From a virus (lineage: Duplodnaviria > Caudoviricetes): a stretch of 61,949 bases of DNA. The translations under genes and the position numbers were made by a program. The notes under the pieces are model-generated. The model searched no databases. It worked only from the letters and a program-made list of their open reading frames with translations, and had not been told where the DNA came from. This document shows, one piece after another, positions 1 to 12,200 of the stretch (its first letter is position 1; each line of letters starts with the position of its first letter). Location: the IMG/VR virus record IMGVR_UViG_3300015245_000719, positions 1-61,949 of that record. One strand, written 5' to 3'.

Positions 1-219
1 ATGCGCGCCCTCCTCTCCATCCTTACCCTCGCGCTCGCGAGTTGCGCCAGCGTGGACAGCGTGGATCTGAGCAAGGTTGACCAGGCGTGCGGGCGCGCGT
101 GCACCCAGGACTACTCTACCTGCAACGACAAGTGGAGCTTCACGCCGGTCATGCGCCACAACGAATGCGTCGGCGCGCTAAAGGCATGCGTCTCGACGTG
201 CCCGTCCCGTCACTCCTGA
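1..219 (+). CDS. Small Cys-rich lipoprotein
   Basis: Hydrophobic signal ending in lipobox LAS|C, then six more Cys. Converges on the giant gene with a 10-nt overlap. Upstream context is outside the window. Confidence 0.7.
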   Translation: MRALLSILTLALASCASVDSVDLSKVDQACGRACTQDYSTCNDKWSFTPVMRHNECVGALKACVSTCPSRHS

Positions 220-3200
220 GTATCTTCCCTCGGCGGCCTGAGTAGGGACGCCACCTCGCCGCGCAGCGGTCGCGGCGCCAGCTTGATACTGCGGACGTCC
301 GGCGACATGCCGGCGAGCTGGAGGCGCCTGCGCATGGCCTGCGGCGTGATCACGATCGGCATGGTCGGGTTGGACTTGTTCCACGAGGCGATCTTCCGGC
401 GCACGCTCTCGATGTCGTCCCGGTCTCCGCTCCTGATGGCGTTCACGAACTCGTCCATCAAGGCGGACTTGGTAACGGCGATGAAGTTCTCGTCGTTCCG
501 GATCTCCCCCGTCACCCTCTGGCGATCAGCCACCGCGTTCGGATTGAACCCGGCCGCCTTGCCGACCGCCTCGAGCGGCGAGACCTTCGCCGTGAACTGG
601 CCGCGGGTGTCGCGCGCCTCGCCGCGGGCGAGCATTTCCGACCCCTTCACGAAGTTCTGAGCGGCCGTAGGCAGCGCGCTCTTGGCCGCGCCCAGGAAGT
701 CGCCATGGAAGGCGCGCTCGAGGCCCGTGGCGGCCCCGTAGAGCAGCCCTGCGGCCGGACCGATCAGGTCCCGGACATCCTTGAACTTGTCCGTCTCGCT
801 CACCTTGGCGAAGGCGGTCCCGGGGATCAGGTTGCCCATGGAGAGCCGCTGGCTGACGTCGAACGGGCTCACCGCGCTCGGGAGCCCCTGGACGAAGGCG
901 TTCCCGAGGAACTGGCCCAGGATCCTCTTCGACTGCTTGTCGAGCCACTTCTTGCTGTTGGTCGTCAGGCCGAGGTCGGGGAAGCGCTGACCGATCGTGT
1001 CGATCAGGTCCTCCAGGTCCTCGGCGAATGGCAGTCCCTCGACGCCGGCGGCGAGCAGGAGCAGCACGACCATGTAGACGCGTTGTTGCATTGGCATGCG
1101 GTGCAGCAGCTCGAGCACGTTGATGCTGAACTGCTTGAACGTCATCAGCGTGGACCCGAGCGCGCCGCGGCCCAACACCGGCCTGTTGCCCTTGTTGTAA
1201 AGGAACTGCGTCTCGTAGACGGCGTTCTCGGCGAACTTGTGCGGATCCCCCAACTGCTCGTTGGCCTCAGCGATCTTGTGGGCAGCGATGTAGGCCACGC
1301 GCCGGTTGAACGTCTCGGCGTATCCGAACATGGAACCCCACGCTTTGAGGAAGGATTCCGAATACTTGTTGCCCGCGAGCTTCGAGCCAGAGGCCACGCC
1401 CATCATTTGAAACACCTCTTGCGAGGCGGTCGTTCCGTCCTCCTCGGCCTTGCGAAGGTTGTCCCACAGGCGCCCGGTATGCACGAAGTCGCCGTTCAGT
1501 TTCTTCGAGAACGGGTCGAGTACGGCGTCCTTCGCCGCTCCGGTCAGGCGTGCAAGCACGTCTGGCAGGGATGCGAACTTCGTTAGGAACGGCCCCGTGA
1601 TAAGCGGAGTCTGAGTCAGGTTCGTGACGGCGGACGCGAGCGAGCCACCGATGAAGTGGAAGAACAGGTAGCCGCGCAGCTTGTGAGCCTCTTCCACCGG
1701 GTCGCGCAGGTACTTGTAGAGCGAGACCGCGTGGTCGCGCAGGTCGCCGTCCTCGATGTCCATGACGGCCTTCCCCATTCCAGGGAAGTTGTCGTTCGCG
1801 CTGGCGGCGCGCGAGTTCGTCATGATGAAGTCGGCCAGACCGCGGTAGGCGTCCTGCGAGAAGCCTGGCACGCCCTTCCGGTTAATGAATCGCTTCATCA
1901 TGGACCGGCTGGAGAACAGCTCCTTGTACGCCTCCTGGTACACCTCGTCATTCGCCACGCCCAGGTGCTCCGCGAATAGCTCTAGCGCGTCCAGGTTGAG
2001 CCCGTCGTACATGCGGAACGAGTTCTTGCTGATCGTGCCGGTCTCGATCTTGTACGCGTTAGGGAACTTGGCGCGCATGCGCGTCTCTTCGCGGTTCGAC
2101 TTGATGTTTGCCACGTGGCTCGTCAGGCCCTCGTGCAGGGAGAAGTGAGACGAGTTGCCGTCCTCGTAGTCCTTCTGCGTCTTGTACACCGCGACGTAGT
2201 GCGTTCCGAAGCGCGACAGCGGGAAGTAACCCTGATTGGACAGCTCGTTCACACGCTGAACGAGCTCTCCGATCTTGGCTACGCTCTTCTGGTCGGCGCG
2301 GACGGACGCCTTCAACTGCTCTACCCTGAACTCGAAGCCGGGCGGCTGCGCCTGCCGCAAGGTGTCGATGTTGCCCTTGGCCTCGGCGATGCGCTCCCCG
2401 AGCTGGAGCTCGATGTCGGCCGCGAAGTCCTCCATGTTGAGGTCCCTGTTCATGCTGACGCCAGTTTTCTTCGCCTCGCGCGCGATGAACGAATTAGCCT
2501 GCGTCTCGAGGGCTTGACGGACGGACGCATGCGCCTCGTGGTACATGCGGACCTGGGGCTCGGTGAGTGGCGTGAGAACCTTGTCGCCGTCCGGCGTGTT
2601 CACCGTGGGGCCGGAGCGAAGCTGCTCGTCCGAGAACACCTTGTTCAGCAGCGTGCCGTGCAGGAGGTACTGCGATGCGGCGTCGGCGTCCTTGCGGTTG
2701 ATGCCCTGCAACCATCCGCGCTTGAACCACGTCGGCGCTACCTTCTCGGCAGCGCTGGCGTTACGCCAGATGTCGGAGAGGAAGTTCTGCCCCCACTCGA
2801 ACACGTGTCGGAACTGAGTGTTGTTCTTGGCGAGGTTGAACTGTGTGCCGATCGTCTTGCTCCACATGCCGACCTTCGAGTCGGACTTCGTAACCTCGTT
2901 GATCCAGTCTCCCATGCGGCTGTAGAGCGGGGAGTTTGAGAACGCGTCGGCGTCCGGCGCCAGGGAAGCTGGCGCGCCCTGCTCCACCGTGCGCGCTGCC
3001 GGCGCAAGGAACTGGCGGATGATCTCCGCGTCCGTGATCTTCTGCTTGGACAGGATGCCGTGGTCGCGCAGCCATTGCGTGATGGCCGCGATGGCGCGCC
3101 GGACGAACCCGAGCTTGGGTTCGGACTGAGCCATGATGGCCAGCAGCTCCTCGGCCATCCTCGAGCGGTTCTCGGGGGTGTTCGGCATCCCCTGGGCCTT

Positions 3201-6200
3201 GAGGAGAGCTGCTACCTGCGAGGCCCGCGCGGTGGCGATCTGATCCAGGATCTCGGCGAGGCCGCGACCGAAGGTCTTGCGCAGCCCGTAGTGCCCCTTG
3301 ACCTCGTGGACCAGCGTGAACTTGGCGCCCGCGGCGTCGAGGTTCTGAGCGACTAGGTACACCTTGCCGCCGAAGAACACGCCCCCTACGTCCGTGGCGT
3401 TCTCGCGCTCGATCTGCTCGCGCACCTGCTGAGGGAGGTCCGCCAGGGTGGCAACCACCTCGACGTCCGGAGCGTCCGTCCAGTTGGCCTTCAGGTCGTT
3501 CACGGCCTTCTGGACCTCCCACACCTGACCGGCCTTGTCCTGGGCGCCGCGCGAGAAGGCCGCGCCCTCATACTTCTTCTCGTACTTGGACATGAACTTC
3601 TGCGCGGTTGTGGTCTGCGACTCGTTGACGTACAGACCCTTTCGCTCCGCGACCCACTTGATCGCCGCCTTGATGCGGTCGGGGTCGCGCATGTTCACTC
3701 GGAACGAGCTCTTCCCCTGCGCTGCCAGGTCGCCGGTGATTGCCACCAGCTCCTTGCTCTCGTACAGCTTCTTCGCGCCCGGGACGCGCTGGATGATCAG
3801 GTCCACCCACGGGCCAGCCGAGTCACCGACGAAGCGGACCATGTTGTCGTTGCTCGCCACGCCAAGCTGCTCGACGCCCTGCATGTCCTGGTAGGACAGG
3901 CGGTCGCGGGCGAAGGATGGCGACGTGAGGTAGTCGTAGATGCCGTCCACGTACTGCGCACCGTAGCGCGCGCGGTTAGACAGGAACACGTCCTGGTTCT
4001 GGACCATGGACGGCGTGAAGTTCTTCGGCAGCAGCAGCCCTTGCCGGCGCTCTCCGCCCTTCATGGTGAAGGTCACCACGTCGCCTACGTTGTTGGCGGC
4101 GCCGTAGCCTGCCGGGATGTTCCCGAGAACGTAGTAGCGCATTTCGCGCGGCTTCTCCCCGCTGATCTCACCCTTCTGCGGCTTGAACAGGAAGTCGAGG
4201 TCGTCCGAGCTCGTGTCCCGGAGAGCCTGGTCCAGGATGTTGTCGCGGATGATCTTCGAGAGCGGGATGGACGCGCGCCTGTTCTCGTTGTTGATCATGA
4301 AGTTGATTACGAAGTTCGACGGCGACCACGGATTGCCAGCTGACGGGAGGTTCGATTTGATGCCGATGATCACGCCCTGTGGCAGCGCGCCGTCGTCAAG
4401 GGCGAGACGCGCGTGATAGCCGATCTTCATCTGGCGCAGGTTCGCCAGGGTGTTCCGGCGCACGCCCTCGAAGTTGGCGATCTTCTTCTGAGTCGCCTGG
4501 ACATGGGCCGTGAGGTCCCGGCGACGCGCGTCCGAAATTGTTTCGTCCTTTAGCTGGTCGTTCAGGCCGCCAGCCCCCTCGATCTTGTTGAACTCGGCGG
4601 CCTTTGCCTGCTCGAACGGAGCCGTGCGCTCGTCCTCGAGGGCCTGGAGGATTTGTTCCGGCGTGCGGCCGTTCAGAGCCTCAGCGATAGCGCTCTTGAC
4701 CTCCTCCGGGCTCGGCCTGGTGCCCTGGACGAACATAGACATGTGGGTGAGGCTGGACGGCCTGGTGAAGATGCTGGAGCCGTCCCCGGAGGTGAGCTCC
4801 TGCTCGTGCTCGGGGATCGCCTCGGTGTCCAGGTCGCGAACGACCAGCTTGTTCGTGCCGGATTCGTTCTTCATGTTGATGATGGCGTTGTAGGCGTGCT
4901 CGACCTGATCGTAGAAGTCCTTCTGGTCGGCGACGGACAGGAGCGCGACGCGTCCGCTTGCTGCGAGCGCAACGCCCTCAGTGGATTTCTCGTCTCCGAT
5001 CTCCACGTTCACGAAGTCGGCCACGTCCTCGTGCTCGCGCAGGTACTCGGTCACGGCCTCGTCGCCGTAGAGGTTGATGAAGTCGATCGCCTGGACGTCC
5101 GTGGCTGACGACTGCCCGCTGGTGGTGTTCGACAGCAGGCTAGTCATCTTCTTCTTGAGGACAGCCATAGGGCGCTTCTCGGACGGGAGCGCGGTAGCCA
5201 GGACCGTGTAGTCCGGGGCGACGATCTGACCGGTGCGGTGCACGCGGCCCAGGGTTTGCTGGAACACGCTGATGTCGCCGGCGGCCTGGAGGATGATCAT
5301 GTGCCGCGCGCGCTTGTCAGCGAATTCCACGGACGCGTGCATGCTGATGCCGGTCGAGCCGGCGGAGTTCAGGATCACTGCGTCGATTGACCCGTCGTTG
5401 AAGCCGCGGACTGTGCCAATGCGATCGGCCTCCTCCTTGTTCCGGTTGCTGAGGACAGCCTTCCCGGTGGAGTAGTCCACGATGTTCGTGCGGCCGGTGA
5501 TCTCCGACACGCGCAGGGGCCGCAGCTTCTTGCCGCCCGACTCAGTGAACTTGACGTACTTGCGCTCGGGGTTGCCGTTCGCGTCCTCGTTGCCGGTGAA
5601 GTAATAGCCGTACTGGTTCAGGCGCGACCGCATGTAGTCGATCGGCGAGGCGGAGAGCGGCGTCTCCAGCTTGCTGATGACCTCGGACGCCTCGGTGAAC
5701 ACCCGGACCAGGTGCGACGGCATGCGCGCCATGGGCACGCTGATCTCCAAAGCCTTGCCGCCATGGGGCGGCTTGTACTTGAATGCGCGCCGGCGCTCGA
5801 GCGCCTTCATCAGGAGGGGATTCCAGCTGTAGTCGTCGAGCGCGTCACCCTGCTGTAGGGCCATGGAGCCGATGTAGTGGTCGAGCGCGGACTCCATGGT
5901 GTTCTCCAGCGGGATGATCACCTTTTGGTTGGTGTTGAGCTGGTTGATAGCCTTGTCCACCGCCCGATCCGCCTTAGTGGCCAGGAGGAGCTGCTTGACG
6001 TAGTTGTGCACGACGGACGTGAACGGGGTGTGCGTCAGGCTTTGCTGCTCGCCCTTCTTGTTGCGCACGATCTCGCTGCCGGGCGGCAGAAGATCCTGGA
6101 GCCTGTCAGCGTTCTGCTTGAACCACTGAATGAACTCCCGGTCGGCCCTGACGATCGTGCGCAGGGCGTTCGTGGCCTCGTCCATCAGGCGCGTGTCGCG

Positions 6201-9200
6201 CGCCAGGTTCTCATCGTCCACCTCGAAGTTGACCTTGAGCATGGACATGTCCTTCTCGCGGCGGGACATCTGGCCGTCCTCGACCAGCATGTTCGCCAGC
6301 ACGCTCTGCATCTGCGGGCCGCCGGTCGAGAGCATTTCCACGAGCTGCGCCGGGTCCTGCGCCAGCAGGCCGATGTTCGTGCGCATGTAGATCGGCATGT
6401 TGTTCGTGCGCTTGGCGTAGGTCGCCGACAGGTACACGACGGGCGGCGCGTAATCTGAGAACTGCCCCTGCATCCACTCGCCGACGCCTGAGTCGCCGCT
6501 TGCATTGTGGGACTCGTCGAGGATCAGGACGGCCTTCCCGGTCGAGAACAGCTTCGCCAGCGCGGAGCGGCGCGCGTTCTCCTGGTTGATCTGCGCGTAG
6601 GTCGTGAAGATCGCCGAACGGCCCTCCGGGAGGGTGCCGGTATTGACGATATGCTCGACTCCCTGCTTCGCTGCGCCCTTCTTGTTCGTGAAGAGCTTCG
6701 TCTTGCCGCTCGGGTCGCGTGGGTCGATGACCTCGCCATCCGTGTTCGTGAGGAACGGCGAGATCTCCGGATGCCCGATCGCGATCATGTCGCGGTACAT
6801 GTCGCTGTACAGGGTGTCGCTGTAGGACATGAACACCGGAACCTTATCGTTGCGGATGGACCAGTTGATCAGGGAGGCGGCCTGCCGCCCCTTGCCGACG
6901 CCGGTAGCGTCTCCGATGATCATGCCGCGGCCGTCCTTCAGCTGAAGGACGGCGAGCGCGATGTTGTCGATCTGGTAGCCGGACAGGGCGTCGAACATCT
7001 TCTCCTTCGTCCCGTACCCGAGCTCCTTCTGCACGAAGTCGTCGATGCTCTCGGAGCCCTGCTCGTGGATCTTGTCCTCGGCCACGTCCAGGGCGTCGCG
7101 CAGCGCGCGCGCCTGGTTGCGCGGCACCAGGATGCCGAGGTTCTGTCCCTGCGACTTGCCCTCGTACACCGTCTGGTTGTTGTTGTCGTGCCCGACGTCG
7201 GAAGGAGACATGACCTTCGAGGGCGGGTACATCTTGTCGAGGATGTACACCTTCGCGTATTTCTGGATTCCCTCGATCGCCTCGCCGAAGCGCTGAGAGA
7301 CGATGCGCTTGAACTCGAGCACAGCTCGCGTGGCGTCTGCAACCTTGGCGCGAATGGCCTGCCAGACGTTCTCGAACACCTTGCGAAGCTGCTGGTAGAT
7401 GGTTGCATCGACGGTCCCGAGCGCTTCTTCGTACAGCTTCCTGCTGAACACGGCTCCTCCGCTGTCTTTCTCGCCGATGATCTTCTTGATCTCGTCGAAT
7501 TCTTTTGAAAAATCCAGGCCGAGCGAACGCTCAGCCGCGGTTACATTCGAGCTGCTTTTCGGTGCGCGCTTGCCACCTCCGCGAGGACCGCGTGGTGGGC
7601 CTTTCGGTCCGGGGTTGCCCTCGACGGGCGCCCCGGTCTTTTCGTCAGGTACTAGGACCGACTCATCGTTGAAGATGCGGTCGATGTCCTCCGGCGAGAG
7701 ACCTTCTAGGCCGGTATCGCTTCCAGAAACTCCGACAGGTCCAGGCTGCTGCTCGCCTCGATTGCTTCCTTCCGGAGCTCCGGGTTCGTTTCCGGTTCCG
7801 CCGACGCCGGATCCCCCGCTTGCACCAGGGTTCCCACCCGGCCGCTCGACATCAGCCCCTCCACCCACCCCTGCGGGAACTCCGCCCACAGGATGCTGTT
7901 TTCCTCCGCCTCGAGGTTCGTTTCGACGAGGGCCTTGGCCTCCTTCTTTCCCGCCTTCAGGAGCAGCGACTCCAGCTTCTCCCTGATTGCTTCCCGGTAC
8001 GGCTGGCCCTGCGGGACCACCAACGCCGCTGCGTGGCTCGGCCGGTCCAGCTTCGGAACCCACATTGGCGTTGCCGGTGACAACGGCTTCGCTTGCTCGT
8101 TTTGCGTCCTCGTACTGCCTGTAGAGTGCATCGTACCCCTCCGTTACGCTGTAATTTACGCGCGTGATCGTACCACTGGCCGGCGCAACCTGCGCGGAGC
8201 GCCCGCGGCCGGCAATCGTGATGACTCGAATCGGCCACGCCGCGCCTTGGCGCTCGTAGAAAGAGCCGTCTACCTCGAAGTGCGAAGCGACATTGTAGTG
8301 GCCGTAGAGCCAGTTGAAGAATGGTTTCTCCCGGGAGTTGATCTCCCCTGGAATCCTGTTGGCGCCGATGATCAGCACGGCGCGCCCCTTGTCGAACATG
8401 GCCTCGAGCGCCCGCGCGATGATCAGCTGGTCGATCCTCGTGACCTGGTAGCCGTCCGCGAGCGCGGGCGCCTCCAGCTTCCCGAACGGAGGATTCGCGA
8501 GCACCGCGTCGGCCTCGTCCTTGCCGAATACGTTCTCTTCCTTCGCCTTCACCGCGTCCTTCTGCGTGACGCGCGGGAAGCCGAGGAGCTTCAGATTGAG
8601 CGCCCTGTGCTCGTCCAGCTCGTTCGCGATGACGTTCTTGGGCGTCGCGGTGATGGTGAGCAGCCCGTTCCCGGCAGTGGGCTCGTACACCTTGGTATCG
8701 ACTCCAACGCGCGCGAGCAGCCCGGCCATGTAGGCGATCGGGAGCGGCGTCGAGTATTGCTGCAAGGACGAGCTGGTGGACGTGCGGATGTTCAGCTTCG
8801 GCTGCTTGCGGTACATATCCACCAGGTTGTCGAAGATGCCGCGCTCGTTCGTGCCGGTCGCGCGCCAGTCGATGATCTTCTGCGCGGCGAACTGTCCGAG
8901 GGCTGCCTCGAAGTCCTCCTGCCCCTTCTTCTGAAGGATCAGGTTGCCCTCTACCTCTGTGGGGTCGAGGCGGTGCGCTTGCGCTACCCAGGAGAGCAGG
9001 TCCTTGCCGCTCTCAGGGAACCATCCTTTTCGCAGGTGGAAGAACATGCTCTCGACCATGGAGTCGTTCTTGACCTCGGGGTATTGCACGAGGCCCATGT
9101 CCTCCATGATCTTGTCGATGCGGCCTGAGATCTCCTTGGCCTGCTCGCGCCCGACGGCAATCCTCATCTGCTCGACGTTCTTCGCGCCTTCCTTGACGCG

Positions 9201-12200
9201 CACACCCTCTGGAGTGAACTCCAGGCCAGCGAAGAAGTTCTTGTAGTCCTGGGCGAACAGGCGCCGCTCTTCAGCCTGCGGGTATGCGGTTCCCTTGTAG
9301 CCGTTCGTTTTCGTCATAGCTCCTTCTCGAACGAGAGGTCCGACGAGGTACGGCGATCCGCCCTTCACGAGGTCGAAGAGGTACGCTTCCTCTCCGCGCG
9401 CCACCATTTCTGCGCCCTTCGAGTAGTACGGGTCTGAGCCGTGATCCAGCTTTTGCGCTTCGTTGAGGTAGATGGTGTTCCGCAGCAGACCGCCGCGGTA
9501 TTCCGGGCTCTTCCAGTCAGAGGTCCCTTTCTCGTTCAGCCAGTTGAGGACGCGCTCGCGCGGTGGAACATTGCGGTTCTGGTAGTCGGCGTCTCCGACC
9601 AGGAGCTCGCGGACCTTCGCCTCCATCTTGGCGAAGTTGAAGTATTGGTTGAGAACGTGACGAAGCGCCTCTGAGTACAGCCTCGCTCCGTCCTGCTCGG
9701 AGTGGATCAAGTAGTGCTCGAGCGCGTGCATCCACTCGTGCGAGACGGTACCGTTCCCATTCGTCTTGGTGAGATTGATCACCTCTCCGCCGATGTGGCT
9801 GGTTTCGAAGTGGGCGGCGGCCTTGCTGATCTTCTGCCCGCGCGAGCCGAACGCCAGCGCGAGCTTCCCGCCGAGTCCAACCACCTTCGGGTCGATCCCG
9901 AGGTTGTCGGACATGTCCATCAGGGAGTCGTAGGCTAGGTTCAGGTTCTCCTGGCGCTCGAGCTGGTTGACCCACTCGCCGAACTCGACCTCGCGGAAGC
10001 CGAACGCGGACTTGAAGTCGGCCTCGTTGACGTTCTGGCCCTTTCGGTAGTCCTTCATCCCGACGCGGGTGATGTTCTCCAGGCGAGGCGGGACCTTCGG
10101 GTCCTTCTTGACCACGCGGTTCGTCTGGTCGATCTCGTTCTCGTTCGGCTGGAATGCTTTCAGGTAGTAGTCGAGCATCGCGTACAGATCGTTGCTCATC
10201 ATGCGCTGAAGCTCGCTGCCGAATTTCGTCGCGGTGTGCGTACTTCCGTAGCTATTCGCCTCGCCCTCTGTGAACGCTTCGTTCTTGATTGCAGCGTTCG
10301 CCTCGGCAACGTTCTTGGCGTCCTTCGTCAGCTCTTCCAGCTTGGAGAGCATCCCGATATAGCGCTCGGCCTGCGCCTTGACTTCGGAGTATTCCGTGTC
10401 GATCAACGCCTGCTTGAGGCTCTTGCCCCACCGCGTATTGCCCTGCTGGCCGCCGAAGCCTGGGCCTGCGAATTCGAGGAACGTTTTCAGCTTCTCGCGA
10501 ACAGCCTCGAGGTAGAGCATCGTCCCGAAGGTCGCGTCGGGGCGCTCGATCGTGAAGTGGTTCGCGACCTTCGCCTCGTCGATCAGCTTGTCGATGTCCT
10601 TCTCTCCCTCGCCGGTTGGCTCGGAGAGACGCAGAGTTCCGCCAGCAGGCTTGCCTCCGACGACGCCCGTGTCATGGATGTCGCTCTTCTGCGGCCGGTA
10701 CATCGTGTAGAGCTGGATGCGCGCGACGCCCTGCTCGGGCTGGAGCCGGTCCGTGACCTTGAAGCCCATCTTCTTCATCACGCTCTCGATGGGCTTCTGG
10801 TTCTCGACCGTCACGGACATCTGGACGATTCCCTCGTCGAGGATGGTTGCGCCGTCCTCGAAGGTGGGCGTGAGCTCGGCGGCGCCGTAGATATGATCGG
10901 TGAGCGCCTTGTTGTTGCGCTCGGCGATCATCTTCACCAACGGGTCCACCGGCGGCTTCGGCGCCTTCGGGGCCTTTGGCTCTTTCGGCGCCTTCGGTTC
11001 CTTGGGCGCCTTCGTCTCCTCCGGTGTGGCAGGCGGCTGCTCGCCGGGCGTCTCGGGTGTCGCCGGCGCCTCGGGCGTCGCGGGCGCGCCGGGCGCTTCT
11101 CCGCCGGTCACGCCCTCGTTGTTGCCGTGGATCTTCTTCGCGTTCTGTGCTACGCGCTCCAGGCGGTCCAGGTTCTCGCCGAACGGCGCCTCCTGGCCGA
11201 TGCGCTTGCGGATGTTCGCGGCCCGGCGCTCGTCGCCGATGCTGTCGTAGATCTTCGCGATGCTCTCGAGCCGCTGGTCGCGCTCGCTCAGTTGTACACC
11301 GCCGTTGGGTGCCTCCGCGGCGGGCGTGGCAGGCCCCCCTTCGACATGCTCCGGCGCTTCTGGTCCAGCGCTATTGCCACCGCCTGTTTGTCCGCTTTCT
11401 CCTTCCCGAACTTGTCCTGTGTCCGCTGGTACGTGTTCCCCTGGTGCAGCTCCTCGATGTTCTGGCCCACCACCTTGTTCGACGTTCCCTTCTCCAACGG
11501 CATTGCTCTCTCCCTGTGATTGCGGGGCCGCGCCGCCTTCAACGCCGGCGCCCTCCCCTTGTTGTTGGGTCCCGCCTTCCTGCGATTCAGCGGGCGCGCC
11601 CGGAGCTACAGGTTCCGCAGCCGGGGCCTCCGGTAGTTCCGGCGTCTGTTCGGCGCCGGCCGGTAGTCTCGGTGTCTTGCTGAATGTTCCCGCCGCGATG
11701 GCGGCCTTGAATTCCGGTACGGACAGCTGACGCATGCTGCCGAAACCTTTCCATCCCGCCTCGTAGTTCGCGAGGTAGCCCTTCTTGGCTGCGCGCGCGG
11801 ACTGGAAGCCGACCATGATCTTGTACTCGTCGTGATCGCCGCTCTCGGGGTCCACCTGGTCGATGGCGAACACGGTCGAGCTGTTCGGGTGCGGCCCGAT
11901 GAACACGTCCACCTTGTCGCCGTCGCTGCCGACAGTGCCCTCGATCTCGCCGTAGTGGTTGGCCATCGTGACGGACCACTCCTTGCCGGTCTTGTCCGTC
12001 CCGCGGCGCACGCTCCCCTTCGGGTTCTCTATAGCGATGTCGAGACCGTGGAAGTTGACGACGCCCTTGTTGTACTTGCCGGTATCCTTCTCCTCCTCGG
12101 TGGGGTTCTTGTCGGTGAATCCTGCGGCGTTCTCGACGTCCGCCTTCGTAGGCGCGCCCTGCTCGGGCGCCGCCGGAGCTGCTGGCGCGGGCTCGGCTTG

